Notes: generated by a model not told the origin, from the sequence alone. 45,271 nucleotides of DNA from Synergistaceae bacterium (GCA_031267575.1 JAIRYN010000034.1:1-45271), one strand, 5' to 3'; shown: positions 1-10,595, numbered from the stretch's first letter. Translations and numbers: made by a program.

Positions 1-438
1 AGAAGTTCGGGGTCGTCCACCTGGTCCGTCTTGTTCATGAACACCACCAGAGCGGGAACGTTGACCTGGCGGGCCAGCAACACGTGCTCGCGGGTCTGGG
101 GCATGGGGCCGTCAGCCGCGCTTACCACCAGGATCGCGCCGTCCATCTGAGCCGCGCCCGTGATCATGTTTTTGATGTAGTCCGCGTGGCCGGGGCAGTC
201 GATATGGGCGTAATGACGCTTATCCGTCTGATACTCCACGTGGGCAATGTTGATCGTGATTCCGCGCTCGCGCTCCTCCGGGGCCTTGTCGATCATATCA
301 TAGGCCGTGAAGTCCGCCAGCTTCTGCGTCGCGAGGCATTTCGTAATCGCCGCCGTCAACGTGGTCTTACCGTGATCGATATGCCCGATCGTGCCGATAT
401 TCAAATGCGGCTTGTTGCGATCAAATTTTTCCTTCGCC
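1..438 (-). CDS. tuf: Elongation factor Tu, N-terminal part; the 3' end runs off the window start
   Basis: Reverse translation from ATG (complement of 436-438) gives [34 protein letters not shown]...[26 protein letters not shown]. These are the EF-Tu G1 (GHIDHGKTT) and DCPGH motifs. An AGGAGGG RBS lies 8 nt upstream and there is no stop before the window edge. Confidence 0.95.
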
Positions 439-706
439 ATAGTGTTTTCTCCCTCCTGCCAATATTCTCCCTGAACTACGTCCATCCAATCAGTGATCCG
501 AGTAGACGATCTTCGGTTGCTTCCTCATTTAACATACTCCCACGACTAAAGTCATGGGATTCTAAGATCGACAAAGACAGCCGACTAAAACCGGTCTTAC
601 GTCTTCTCCTTTAAGAGTGGATGCCCCCACTCTGAGAATATTTACATCCACATTGATATCCTGGTCGTGTTCCGCCCCGCATCTCACGTTGATAAGCCAT
701 AAAAGG

Positions 707-735
707 AGTTTAACATGAAAATAGACATATGACAA
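707..735 (-). promoter_or_regulatory. Sigma70-like promoter within copy A, likely driving tuf
   Basis: On the minus strand: TTGTCA, a 17-nt spacer, then TAAACT. The same arrangement (TTGCCA-17-TAAACT) is conserved in copy B. Confidence 0.5.
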
Positions 736-774
736 GAAACCAAATACAAAACAAACGCCGCCGTTGACGGCGTT
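736..774 (-). terminator. Rho-independent-type terminator hairpin at the upstream edge of repeat copy A
   Basis: On the minus strand the stem aacgccgtc..gacggcgtt is followed by tgttttgtatttggtttcttg. Copy B carries compensatory stem changes (aacaccacc..ggcggtgtt). Confidence 0.5.
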
Positions 775-1233
775 GCGATTCTCATCCAACGGCTGAAGCC
801 ATTGGCTTTCTCATCGCTTTATCGTAATTTTAACAAAAAATTTCATCTTTTATCTATACACATATCTATACACAAAATGCCCGGAAAGAAACGCGCCTTT
901 TCCAGACTTCGCTCACTTTTTATCCGAAGGTGATCTTAGCATAAATCATGCTAATCTTAGCATAAATCTTCGAAATTTTGGGATTCTGCTCATCGTTCTT
1001 GCGTATCAGTAAGCGATCAACGACGACCATCGCCCGTGCGAGGTGTATAATCCGTAAATCATGACTGAGAATGAATACTGACTGAGAATGAATATTGAGA
1101 ATGAATATATAGAAGAGCTTCATATTTTGTTTGCTCGGACTACTCTGTGCCTGGTCCGCTTGATTGGGCGGCCATGACTAACAAGCAATGATAAATCGTT
1201 GAATTGACTATCAACTTTTCATAGGAGGAAATC

Positions 1234-1929
1234 ATGGCACAAAAGAGAGAAAACATTCTTATTCTTGCTAAAACATACCCTACCCCCAGCGCAAAAAACG
1301 TAGAAACAACATGTATTGCTGGGATCAACGAGGATGGAGAAATGCGTAGGCTTTTCCCTGTCCCTTTCAGGTTACTGACGAAAGAGTCTCAATTTCACAA
1401 ATGGCAATGGATTAATGTGGCAATTGAAAAGAGTTCAACAGACAAAAGAATAGAAAGCTACAAAATCTCTTTTGAAGATATAAGGCCGGGAGTTATCCTC
1501 AATACCAAACAAGATTGGGAAAAACGTATCGCGTGGATAAATCGCGTTCCTGTCGTTACAAAATTTTTACCCGATCGTTCTTCTCCACATCTACAAAAAG
1601 ACCAGTCTCTTGTGTTGTATAAACTCCAAGAGCCAGTAAGACTCGAAATTGTCTCGTCATCTACGGAATGGACCACGGAAGAACTTCGTAAATTAAAGCA
1701 AGACGGAAGTTTGTTTTCACGTGAAGAAGCGCTTTTGCCTCCCGCGCTGGAAAAAATCCCCTTTGATTTTTATTATCGTTTCAAAGCAAACACTGCTGAC
1801 GGAACAGGACATGAGATCAGAATCAAGATTACCGATTGGGAAGCAGGCGCCCTTTATCGCAATTGCTTCCGGTTTTATAGAGAACAATGGCAAAGTCAAT
1901 TTCAACAAAGATTAGAGAGAGATGAATAA
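1234..1929 (+). CDS. Hypothetical protein of 231 aa with no recognisable motif, inside a low-GC islet
   Basis: Long ORF with a strong RBS (GGAGGAAATC before ATG). Local GC is far below the window average. Confidence 0.6.
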   Translation: MAQKRENILILAKTYPTPSAKNVETTCIAGINEDGEMRRLFPVPFRLLTKESQFHKWQWINVAIEKSSTDKRIESYKISFEDIRPGVILNTKQDWEKRIAWINRVPVVTKFLPDRSSPHLQKDQSLVLYKLQEPVRLEIVSSSTEWTTEELRKLKQDGSLFSREEALLPPALEKIPFDFYYRFKANTADGTGHEIRIKITDWEAGALYRNCFRFYREQWQSQFQQRLERDE

Positions 1930-2006
1930 CAAAAATCTTATGTTGTTACTTGGCAACATGCACCACTTTCAGGACCAATGGCTTATTATAAGCCTTCTCT
2001 ATCCCC

Positions 2007-2495
2007 CTAAGCAAAGCACGGCTCTGGCGCAGCAAATATCGTTACCATTTGACGAGAATTAACAGGATGTAGATTTTGGATAACTGTCTTATATTGCACA
2101 TCTATCCGCTGTGCGATAAGGAGGCGATGACATTTATTAGGATCGGCCTCAAAGCACATGAAAGCCGACGTAAATTTTTCAGAATAGCGCACAAGAGTTT
2201 CTAATGTTTCGAGATTACCTTCTAAATGCTCCTTAAATCTAAAACAATATTGCTGCCAATTACCGTTTTGGCAATATTCTTTTCTGATATCCGCGGGGCA
2301 CCCTAGTTTCTGGAAATGCTTATATTGTATTCCGAGAGCGCAAAGTCTCTCAGAGAGGAGATTTTTTGAAAACCCAGGCTTCCTCGATAAAGGTTTTTCT
2401 CTTACATCCGCCAAAAAATTGATTTTATTTTCTCGTAAGCAAGAAAGAAAAATTTCTAAACTTGTTCCTTCATAACCAATTGTATAAACTTTCAT
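2007..2495 (-). CDS. DUF488 family protein (YeaO-like)
   Basis: N-terminus MKVYTIGYEG...FLADVREKPLSRKPGFSKNLLSERLCALGIQYKHFQKLG matches the DUF488 signature. Start chosen at the Met preceded by GGAG; the ORF track extends it to 2516. Lies in the low-GC islet. Confidence 0.7.
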   Translation of the reverse strand: MKVYTIGYEGTSLEIFLSCLRENKINFLADVREKPLSRKPGFSKNLLSERLCALGIQYKHFQKLGCPADIRKEYCQNGNWQQYCFRFKEHLEGNLETLETLVRYSEKFTSAFMCFEADPNKCHRLLIAQRIDVQYKTVIQNLHPVNSRQMVTIFAAPEPCFA

Positions 2496-2971
2496 ACAAT
2501 TCACTCTCCAGTGCATATGAGTTAAATATAATATATATCATATCGTATCGTATAAAAAGCAGTATAACAAAATTTACTGACCAATTTAATTTTACTTATA
2601 ATAAGGAAACATTCCAGTTTTAATTTTGTCTCCCACTCGTGCTGTTTTTAAAATTTTTGCCCTGAGTGACTAATATAAATTCATTAAGATAAAGTGATAC
2701 ATTAAACAATATTCCTGAAATGCCACTTAGGATTTTTTAACCTGTACCATTTTATTTTTATTTATAGATTCTTTTCGTGTCGGGACAATGGGAAGAGGAT
2801 CGTTTAGCGACCTCAGGTCAACGCGGCACGAGAACGTTGCCACGGCCCAATTGTTTCAGTCACCATCTGGCATTAGATTTGTAACCGCTTTCGTCTTTTT
2901 TCATCATCGTTCTGGGGATCGCCATAAGCGCGATTTTCTCCACACTGTGCTGGAACGTCAAAAGTTATAGA

Positions 2972-3457
2972 TCACCGCGTCACCTCCCGCCATTCGTTTC
3001 GCGAGATTAGATCCGTTACGCGATGGGCGGCCCTTTCCACGGCTTCGGAGAGAGAGGCGCCCAGCCGCAAGGTCGAAGGTTGGATACCCAGGACGACGAT
3101 CTCGATGGAATCCATGAATGGCCCCAGCAAAACCGACAGAGGAATACCGTGACTTGAGTCCATGACGGCGTTCAGCTCGCCGACGGAAAACCTGCGAAAC
3201 TCGCCGGGAGCGAGTCCCATATTCGCGGCGTCCACAATCAGCAGGGTGCGAGGGGAAATCTTGCGCAGCGTCGCCACGTAGTTTTCCGGCATCGTCCCAC
3301 ATACAACGACCCCTGGCATTCCCCGCTCCAATAGAAGTTCCGCCACCTTGCACCCCACCGCGTCGTCTCCCAAAAGCACGTTGCCCACACCCCAAACCCA
3401 CGGCTTCTCCTCGCTTGACTTCTCCGCCAACTCCTTCATCAACTCCTCCAAACTCAT
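2972..3457 (-). CDS. Hydrogenase maturation endopeptidase (HycI/HyaD family)
   Basis: WVWGVGNVLLGDDAVGCKV...VCGTMPENYV...LLIVDAANMG matches the GNxLxxDDG / DGG / IVDA pattern of hydrogenase maturation proteases. Confidence 0.75.
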   Translation of the reverse strand: MSLEELMKELAEKSSEEKPWVWGVGNVLLGDDAVGCKVAELLLERGMPGVVVCGTMPENYVATLRKISPRTLLIVDAANMGLAPGEFRRFSVGELNAVMDSSHGIPLSVLLGPFMDSIEIVVLGIQPSTLRLGASLSEAVERAAHRVTDLISRNEWREVTR

Positions 3458-3623
3458 TAAAAGTCGCGCTCCTTTCTCTAAAAATTATTATAACTTCTTC
3501 ATTAAGTTTTTGTGCTTTTCATACAGGATCGTGTATCATGGGCTCATGAGAAAAGTTGGATGAGAAAGGCTGGATGAGAAAAGCCGGAGTGGAGGAGTGG
3601 AACGAGTGCGGGAGTCTTCGCGG

Positions 3624-5171
3624 ATGGTGCGTCATGCCTTGTTGATGATGTTGGGTACTTGTGTCAGCCGTGTGCTGGGGTTGATTCGCGAGGTGGTGAC
3701 AGCGGCGTTTTTCGGCACATCCGCCCAGCTCGACGCTTTCAACGTCGCCTATACTCTGGCGAACTTGACGCGGCAACTGGTGGCGGAAGGCGCGTTGTCC
3801 GCGGCTTTCGTTCCCGTGTTCTCCAAAGTCCTGGCAACAGACCGAAAGCAGGCCATGTCCTTGGCGCGGCAAGCGATGAGCGTCCTTATCCTGACATCCT
3901 CGGCCGTAGTGGTCCTTGGCATCATAGTAGCGCCCTTTCTAACTCTCCTCATGGCTCCGGGCTTCGACGGGGAAACCGCGCGTCTGACCACGAGTTTGAC
4001 ACGGTGGATGTTTCCGTTCTTGTTTCTCGTTTCCTTGGCGGCGTTAGCGATGGGGATGTTGAACAGCTTGGGCTCTTTTTTTGTACCCTCTTTGGCGCCC
4101 GCCTTCAGTAACTTGGTCTTTATTGTCTCCGCGCCCTTTTTCGCGCTCCGCTTCGGAATTCTTGGACTGGCCTTTTCCGTCCTGGGGGGTGGAAGCGCTC
4201 ACTTTCTCGTCCAATGGCTGTGGAGTAGACGCGTCGGCGCGTTCCTGATTCCAGAACGTCCCGACTTTTCTAACCCCGACCTTCGGCAAATGATGACTTT
4301 GTTTCTCCCTTACGCCGCGGGACTCTCCCTCAACCAGATCAACCCCATAATGAGCCGGATGCTGGGTTCTTTTCTGGAGGAAGGCAGCATTTCTGTCCTT
4401 AACTACGCCAACCGAATAGTACAACTGCCTTTGGGGCTCTTTGTCATCGCCGTGTCCCAGGCCGTGCTGCCACAGCTTTCACGCGCTCAGGACCCGGAGG
4501 ATTTTACCTCGACTCTCGGCGAGGCGCTCCGTTTCGCCCTCTTCATCGTTTTGCCTGCCACCGTGGGACTGATCGCTATTGCTAAGCCCTTCGTACATCT
4601 GGTATTTGTTCGGGGCGCGTTCGGTGAACAGGCTTGGCACATGACCTCTTGGGCTTTGACTTTGAGCCTTTTGGGGCTGCCCGGCATGACCTGCTCGACG
4701 ATCGTGACACGTGGGCTGTACGCGCTTTCCATGTCTCGGGTGGCTTTCGCCACGACGCTTTTCAGCGTCGGTAGTACAGTTGTTTTGTCCTTTTTCTTGA
4801 TGTTTCCTATGGGATATGGAGGGCTGGCCTTGGCCCCTAGTGTCGCTTTTTCTTTCGCGGGGCTCTTGGGACTTCACTGCATCCGCAAAAAAATAAAACA
4901 CTCGACGAGCGGTAGCCCTGAGAACGCGGGGTTTTTTCCGTTGATCTCGATAGTGTGGTTGACCAAGATGGTTACCGCGCTGGCTTTGATGGGCTTGGCC
5001 TTGGGGTTCTACGGCTTCCTGTTGCCTTATGCGCCTTTCGCGGGACTGGGGACGAGAGCAGGATGGTGTCTGGGGGCGATAGCTGTTGGAAGCGGAGTTT
5101 ACGGAATCGCGAGCTGGATTCTGAGATTCGAGGAATGGCGCTGGATCAGCGATGCCCTCGCTAGGAAATAA
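3624..5171 (+). CDS. murJ: Lipid II flippase MurJ/MviN
   Basis: N-terminus MVRHALLMMLGTCVSRVLGLIREVVTAAFFGTSAQLDAFNVAYTLANLTRQLVAEGALSAAFVPVFS is the MurJ signature, with about 14 TM helices. The ATG at 3624 is preferred over the GTG at 3597 on N-terminal length and RBS spacing. Confidence 0.85.
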   Translation: MVRHALLMMLGTCVSRVLGLIREVVTAAFFGTSAQLDAFNVAYTLANLTRQLVAEGALSAAFVPVFSKVLATDRKQAMSLARQAMSVLILTSSAVVVLGIIVAPFLTLLMAPGFDGETARLTTSLTRWMFPFLFLVSLAALAMGMLNSLGSFFVPSLAPAFSNLVFIVSAPFFALRFGILGLAFSVLGGGSAHFLVQWLWSRRVGAFLIPERPDFSNPDLRQMMTLFLPYAAGLSLNQINPIMSRMLGSFLEEGSISVLNYANRIVQLPLGLFVIAVSQAVLPQLSRAQDPEDFTSTLGEALRFALFIVLPATVGLIAIAKPFVHLVFVRGAFGEQAWHMTSWALTLSLLGLPGMTCSTIVTRGLYALSMSRVAFATTLFSVGSTVVLSFFLMFPMGYGGLALAPSVAFSFAGLLGLHCIRKKIKHSTSGSPENAGFFPLISIVWLTKMVTALALMGLALGFYGFLLPYAPFAGLGTRAGWCLGAIAVGSGVYGIASWILRFEEWRWISDALARK

Positions 5172-5336
5172 TCAAAATAATCTCCAAATCTACAGAATTT
5201 GAATGACATTAAAGAACTCTTTTAACTATTCTAACTTTAGTTCTTTTAATTTTATTTACTTCACTATCGGGCCGGATTGTTTTTGGGGAAACGGCGCAAA
5301 AATGACATGCAATATGGACAGCATAACTAACCGAAC

Positions 5337-5368
5337 AAGAGGGCCGCCCAAATAATGAGCGGCCCTCT
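5337..5368. terminator. Bidirectional terminator hairpin between convergent murJ and hppA
   Basis: agagggccgc / gcggccctct form a 10-bp stem with a T-rich flank on the plus side. A second hairpin (aaagaact...agttcttt) lies at about 5210-5247. Confidence 0.55.
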
Positions 5369-5417
5369 ACCCAATTTTTACCCGATTTCAATCATCAACA
5401 GTCGATACGAAACTTAA

Positions 5418-7502
5418 CTATACAAACAGAGGTGCCATTACCAGAGCGACAACCGTCATGAGCTTGATAAGAATGTTCAGGCTGGGGCCCGCCGTGTCCT
5501 TGAAGGGGTCTCCCACCGTGTCGCCAACCACTGCCGCCGCGTGGTTGGGTGTGCCTTTGCCGCCGCAATTTCCCTCTTCGATGTATTTTTTCGCGTTATC
5601 CCAGGCTCCGCCTGCGTTGGCCATGAAAAGCGCCAACATGACTCCTGTGACAATCGCGCCTCCCAGAAAACCTCCCAGCGCCGCTTTGCCCAGGATCAAT
5701 CCAATAGCCAGCGGGGAAACCAAAGCCAGAATGCCGGGAATAATCATTTCTTTTAGGGCCGCGGCTGTGGAAATAGAGACACATTTTTCGTATTCGGGCT
5801 TGGCTGTTCCCTCCATGATGCCCGCGATGTCGCGGAATTGACGGCGCACCTCCGCGATCATAGACTGAGCGGCGCGACCCACGGCTTCGATACAAAAGGC
5901 GCAGAGCAAGAAGGGCAGCATTCCACCCAGCAACATTCCCACGATGACCTTGGGGTCCATCAGGTCAATGTGCGATAACTGGGCGGCTTGACTGTAGGCT
6001 ACAAACAACGCCAAAGCCGTCAAGGCGGCTGAGCCAATAGCCAAACCTTTCCCCATGGCGGCGGTCGTATTGCCGATGGAGTCCAGTTTGTCCGTGATTT
6101 TCCGTACATCAGGTGGAAGTTGGCTCATCTGAGCGATGCCTCCCGCGTTGTCGGCAATCGGACCATAGGCATCCACGGAAAGAGCGATGCCCGTGATAGA
6201 CAGCATTCCCACCGCCGCGCAGGCTACACCGAAAACTCCCGCTAGCCAGTGGCTGATCAAGATGGAAAGGACGATTAAAATTACGGGGCACACCAAAGAT
6301 TTCATGCCCAAGGAAAAGCCCGCCAAAATAACGGTGGCCGGACCGGTTTCGGAGGCGTTAGCTACGTCTTTGACGGGGGAGTAATCGCTTGACGTGTAGA
6401 GTTCCGTGGTGTAGCCGATCAAGACGCCCGCCAGAACTCCTGACGTCACGGCCAGGAAAATATGGAAGGTCTTGGTGAAGAAGCACAACAAACTCAAAAC
6501 GAAGGTGCCCAAAATCATGATTCCGCCGGCGGCGAAGATCCCCACCCTCAAGGCGAAAGCAGCGTCTCCTTCATGGATACGGTCCAAGATCTTTTTGACG
6601 CAACCGATCTTTCCGATATAGTGAAACGTCAAATCGACCCATTTTTCCAAGTAGCGGACCTTGGAGCTGATCAACAGGCAGCCGATGATGGAGGAGAAGA
6701 TACCCCAACCCGCCAGGAGCATGGGAAAAGCTACACCCCGAATTCCCAAGGCCACGCCTCCGTATAGGTCTGTGCTGATGAGTCCGATAGTCATGGCCGC
6801 GATGACGGAATTAACGTAGGACTCGAACAGATCCGCGCTCATGCCCGCCACGTCCCCAACGTTGTCCCCAACGTTGTCCGCGATGACCGCTGGGTTGCGG
6901 GGGTCGTCTTCCGGGATGCCCGCCTCGACCTTGCCCACGAGATCCGCGCCCACGTCTGCCGCCTTGGTGTAAATACCGCCCCCAACCCGGGCGAAAAGAG
7001 CGATGCTACTGGCTCCCATGCCGAACGCCGCTAAGGAACTCACGCTCAGGAAAAGATACGCTACCGCGATGCCGGCCAGACCTACGCCCACCACCAGCAT
7101 TCCCACGACACTGCCTCCGGAAAAGGCCATTTCCAGGGCTTCGCCCGGACTACGGGTAGCCGCAAAGGTCGTGCGTCCATTGGTCTGAGTCGCGACGTAC
7201 ATCCCTAGCCAACCTGTGGCCGCACTGCAAAGGGCTCCCAATAAAAAGGCAAAAGCAGGGCCGGCTCCGAAACCCACTTTCCACATCCCCAACAAAAGCA
7301 CGGTAACGCCGCCGACAAAACACGCCAGCCAAGTGTACTCTTTTTTCAAAAAGGCCATAGCCCCTTTGTGGATGATTTGAGAGAGTTCCATTATTCGTGG
7401 GTCATCCACCACAAAGTTCGTTATCTTTTGATGGACCAACCACGCGTAAAGAATCGCCACCACGCCCAGGGCAAAAGTTAACAATACCAATAAAATCGTC
7501 AC
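5418..7502 (-). CDS. hppA: Membrane-bound proton- or sodium-translocating pyrophosphatase
   Basis: 694-aa polytopic membrane protein carrying the [14 protein letters not shown] and DNAGGIAQM motifs typical of H+-PPases. Confidence 0.9.
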   Translation of the reverse strand: MTILLVLLTFALGVVAILYAWLVHQKITNFVVDDPRIMELSQIIHKGAMAFLKKEYTWLACFVGGVTVLLLGMWKVGFGAGPAFAFLLGALCSAATGWLGMYVATQTNGRTTFAATRSPGEALEMAFSGGSVVGMLVVGVGLAGIAVAYLFLSVSSLAAFGMGASSIALFARVGGGIYTKAADVGADLVGKVEAGIPEDDPRNPAVIADNVGDNVGDVAGMSADLFESYVNSVIAAMTIGLISTDLYGGVALGIRGVAFPMLLAGWGIFSSIIGCLLISSKVRYLEKWVDLTFHYIGKIGCVKKILDRIHEGDAAFALRVGIFAAGGIMILGTFVLSLLCFFTKTFHIFLAVTSGVLAGVLIGYTTELYTSSDYSPVKDVANASETGPATVILAGFSLGMKSLVCPVILIVLSILISHWLAGVFGVACAAVGMLSITGIALSVDAYGPIADNAGGIAQMSQLPPDVRKITDKLDSIGNTTAAMGKGLAIGSAALTALALFVAYSQAAQLSHIDLMDPKVIVGMLLGGMLPFLLCAFCIEAVGRAAQSMIAEVRRQFRDIAGIMEGTAKPEYEKCVSISTAAALKEMIIPGILALVSPLAIGLILGKAALGGFLGGAIVTGVMLALFMANAGGAWDNAKKYIEEGNCGGKGTPNHAAAVVGDTVGDPFKDTAGPSLNILIKLMTVVALVMAPLFV

Positions 7503-7708
7503 TTCAGAAACCTCCTTAACCTTAACAAATTTTGTTTCGTCAACATTGTTGCTTTTCGCCTTTTTATCAATTGATTTTATGATTATAGCTTAAAATTTTG
7601 CCAGAAAAAGCCCTCCGGGCCCCAAGGAGAAAAAATCATTATTTTCTCCGTAAAAATCTCGATAGGGTTTGAGTAAAAAGAGCGTAAATTTTAACATTTA
7701 GGATTGAT

Positions 7709-9712
7709 TTAATATAACACTTTTCGCGACCGGTAGATTTTCTTGATCCTTTGCCTTAGCTTCTGATGGAGTTCCGAGTCCATAGGGCGGTCCCGGTAAT
7801 AACACCCCTCGAAGTTCCGAACAAAGGGCAGGGCTAGGATCCGTAAGTTGGCGTCGTCCACGCGTTCCAGAAACTCCGAAAGCCCCTCGCTTTCGTGGCG
7901 ACGGTAGCCGTTGCGCCGCATGGCGCGCAAGAAGTCATTTAGAAGAACGATCTCCGGCCGGCGTTTTTTCAGGGTATGGACGAGGATAAAAAGCGCGACG
8001 CAGGCCGCGAGAACAGCCAACACTGTGGCGGGAAAAGACAGAGCGGCTCCCAGACGCCGAAATCCATCCTGGGTGGGAGGAAGCGACGCACGCGGGTTGT
8101 GAAGAACATCTCTCAAGTTTCGCGCCAGGTCTATTTGCGTATCCCAATTGTAGTTTATCAACTTCGACCACTGGTAATCCAGCAAATCCAGATACATTGA
8201 GAAGGTATCGTAGGAGGAAAGAGCGGAGCTCAAGACGGTGCCCGCAGGGGTAGGCTCATGGCGTACCCAAACCTTTTTTTCCGAGTCCCAAGCCTCGACC
8301 CATACGTGAGCGTTCTGCTCCTGCACCATGTAATATCCGCCCGCTTCGTTATAGACTCCGCCTCGATATCCTGCCACTAATCGAGCCGGAACCCCTGCCA
8401 TGCGGAGCATTACACCCATAGCCGCCGCAAAGTACTCGCAGTTGCCCCTTTTATTGACGAAGATGAACTGCTCCAGAGCATTCCCCGTGTTGGGCAACCC
8501 TTCGAGGGAATACAAAAACTCCGATGAAGATAGAAAGCCCATCACGGCGGAGACTTTTTCCCGATTGTTCATCCCTTGGATCATGTTCTCTACCAGAGAA
8601 CGAAGCCGGGGAATGAAACCAACGGGCAACGTCAAATAGCGTCTAGTATCGACCGTAAACGCCGGCCTCATCTGAGATGACACCACCGACATAGCTTTGT
8701 ACCGCAAGCGTCGGCCTACGTTACGGGAACGGTAGCGAAAAGCCCCGTCTCCGTCCAAGATGGTGTCCACTCCTAGTATGGCGAAGGGTTGGTCTAGGGC
8801 GAAAAGAACACCCCGGTTCCCAGCCTCCAGAACGATTTCCTGTTCTATACGAGGCGCGTCTGCCTCCGGGATGAAATTGCCTCTACCGAGGGTATTTCGA
8901 GAGGAAACCCACACCCGTCCCTCGAAAATATCCAACACCATACCGCGCCAGTAAGGGTCATTATAGTTCAGGGGCGCCATTTTCGCGCGAAAGGCCAGTT
9001 TGTTGTTGGACTGAATATGGGACACGTCTCCCAATTGGACTTGTTCGGAAAACCCCGTGGCGGCGATTCCATAGCGCCCGCGTGTTCCAAAGATAGGAGA
9101 ATTGATCCGGGGCAGACCGAAGAAAAGGAGCAGACACAGTGGCAACATGGCGAGGAAGATGACCCCTGTACGCGTGAAAAGTTGCCGCAGCTCCCTGACA
9201 CTCACAAAAGCGCGGGGATCCTTGTCAAGCCAAGTGGAAAGAAGCAGGATCAAAGTGGACGTTAGTCCCATTCCGAAACAGTAGACGATGAAGTCTTTCT
9301 CAGCGGAGAGCATCGAGTAGCAGAGCAAGGAAGCCACTCCTAGCAGCACGATCTGAACATAGTCGCGGGGGTGTTTGTCCTCCAGCATTTTAACGGCGAC
9401 CATTAAGAGAATTGACTCCATAAGGGCCTCGATAAGGAAGTTGAACCGCACGCGGACGAAAATCGCGACTAAAGCGGCCACAGTCGTCAGGTTGATCAAA
9501 ATACGGGACGGGTGAGGAAGCGCGCTGTGGTCAATGAAAAACGCGACGGCTAACAGGCCCAAAAACCCCCAGGCGTAGAGCGCCCCGATCAGCTCTCGGC
9601 CCATGAAAAAAACCAGGATCGCGAAAATAGCCACAGCGAAGTTTAGGACGCTTTTCAGGGGAAAAGACGTGCCGGTGCTTGTTATTCTCGGGGCCATCGT
9701 TCTGCTACACAT
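7709..9712 (-). CDS. Transglutaminase-like membrane protein (TgpA-like)
   Basis: Multi-TM N-terminal half followed by the GNCEYFAAAMGVMLRMAGVPARLVAGY transglutaminase core. Overlaps the upstream DUF58 gene by 8 nt. Confidence 0.8.
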   Translation of the reverse strand: MCSRTMAPRITSTGTSFPLKSVLNFAVAIFAILVFFMGRELIGALYAWGFLGLLAVAFFIDHSALPHPSRILINLTTVAALVAIFVRVRFNFLIEALMESILLMVAVKMLEDKHPRDYVQIVLLGVASLLCYSMLSAEKDFIVYCFGMGLTSTLILLLSTWLDKDPRAFVSVRELRQLFTRTGVIFLAMLPLCLLLFFGLPRINSPIFGTRGRYGIAATGFSEQVQLGDVSHIQSNNKLAFRAKMAPLNYNDPYWRGMVLDIFEGRVWVSSRNTLGRGNFIPEADAPRIEQEIVLEAGNRGVLFALDQPFAILGVDTILDGDGAFRYRSRNVGRRLRYKAMSVVSSQMRPAFTVDTRRYLTLPVGFIPRLRSLVENMIQGMNNREKVSAVMGFLSSSEFLYSLEGLPNTGNALEQFIFVNKRGNCEYFAAAMGVMLRMAGVPARLVAGYRGGVYNEAGGYYMVQEQNAHVWVEAWDSEKKVWVRHEPTPAGTVLSSALSSYDTFSMYLDLLDYQWSKLINYNWDTQIDLARNLRDVLHNPRASLPPTQDGFRRLGAALSFPATVLAVLAACVALFILVHTLKKRRPEIVLLNDFLRAMRRNGYRRHESEGLSEFLERVDDANLRILALPFVRNFEGCYYRDRPMDSELHQKLRQRIKKIYRSRKVLY

Positions 9713-10595
9713 ATAACGCCAACCTCGTCAAAAGATTTTTTTTATGGGTGAGTCCCGGATCCGGCAATAGGGTCTCTTGGCGGCTTCGCATCCCGATGGC
9801 TAAACCCGACTTCATGGACTCCGTCACCGCGTAGGCGGCCATGGACAATCCGCGCTCCACGTCGTCGGCGGGCAAGTTGTCTAAGTTGATAACCCATCCG
9901 CTCTGGGCGGTGGCGCTCTCGTAGATCCGGCTTTGCAGCTTTCCCGTGCGGGCGGAGGATTTCCAGTGGACGCGCTTGATGGGGTCGCCTTCCACGTAGG
10001 GACGAACCTCCACAATGTCCGTTTCTTCCGCGGCCGTGGCTGCGGCGCTTTCGCCTTCGTCATCTTGAGGGAGAATATGGACAAAAAGAAGCTCTAGGTC
10101 ACAGGGGAGAGGGTAGGGGAACACCGTCACCGCGGTCTTGAAGGCAACAGGCCAGTAGCGCACGAAAAAATTGAAAGGATAGACGGAGGACAGCTCCACG
10201 TTTTCGACTTTATGGGCTCCTCGGTAGGGGAAAGTGGTGAACAACGACCGGCTTTCGGTTTTCCCTGGCTGAACCACGGGGAAAAAAACGCGCTCTTTGC
10301 CCCCCGCCAGAGCCACCTCGATGAGGAAAAGGGGGACAAGACGGCTTTTATTAGAGACGTGCACGGTAACGGCACAGGGAACTTGGGCGTAGATCTCGTC
10401 GGGGAAAGATAAAGATACCGACGCGTTGCGGATGTTGCTTCGCCCGGCCAGGCCAGAGGCCAACATATACCCCAACATCACCGCCGTTCCCAGGTACAGC
10501 AGGTTGTTGCCGCTATTCACCGCCACGACCCCGACAATTATCGAGATGACGATGTAGATCATTCCCGCTCGGCGCGTCCGGACGACGCGTTTCAT
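9705..10595 (-). CDS. DUF58 domain protein, a MoxR-associated partner
   Basis: Two N-terminal TM helices and the motif VRPYVEGDPIKRVHWKSSARTGKLQSRIYE (DUF58 signature RxYxxGDxxRxIxW). Confidence 0.8.
   Translation of the reverse strand: MKRVVRTRRAGMIYIVISIIVGVVAVNSGNNLLYLGTAVMLGYMLASGLAGRSNIRNASVSLSFPDEIYAQVPCAVTVHVSNKSRLVPLFLIEVALAGGKERVFFPVVQPGKTESRSLFTTFPYRGAHKVENVELSSVYPFNFFVRYWPVAFKTAVTVFPYPLPCDLELLFVHILPQDDEGESAAATAAEETDIVEVRPYVEGDPIKRVHWKSSARTGKLQSRIYESATAQSGWVINLDNLPADDVERGLSMAAYAVTESMKSGLAIGMRSRQETLLPDPGLTHKKNLLTRLALYV

Larger units (their letters stand above)
531..826 (-). repeat. Copy A of a roughly 300-bp promoter-leader repeat cassette, oriented toward tuf
   Basis: About 90% identical to the reverse complement of 29676-29989. 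It contains a hairpin plus T-run, a -35/-10-like pair, and three conserved hairpins in the transcribed leader. Confidence 0.85.

Noticed and set aside
84-614. 176-aa plus-strand ORF at the window start
   Set aside because: Antisense to tuf; a spurious open frame.
562-789. 75-aa ORF (MDENRNAVNGGVCFVFGF...) and its counterpart at 29712-29909 that look like a conserved small protein
   Set aside because: The similarity is nucleotide-level repeat conservation. The ORFs span a terminator hairpin and the -35/-10 elements, and they diverge in length at the C-terminus. A mini-ORF on the opposite strand with a perfect RBS (MKIDI in copy A) is also not conserved in copy B.
3597-3623. GTG start extending murJ by 9 codons
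   Set aside because: The GGAGGA sequence directly abuts the GTG with no spacer, and the resulting N-terminus is atypically long. The ATG at 3624 has a better-spaced GGGAG and was preferred.
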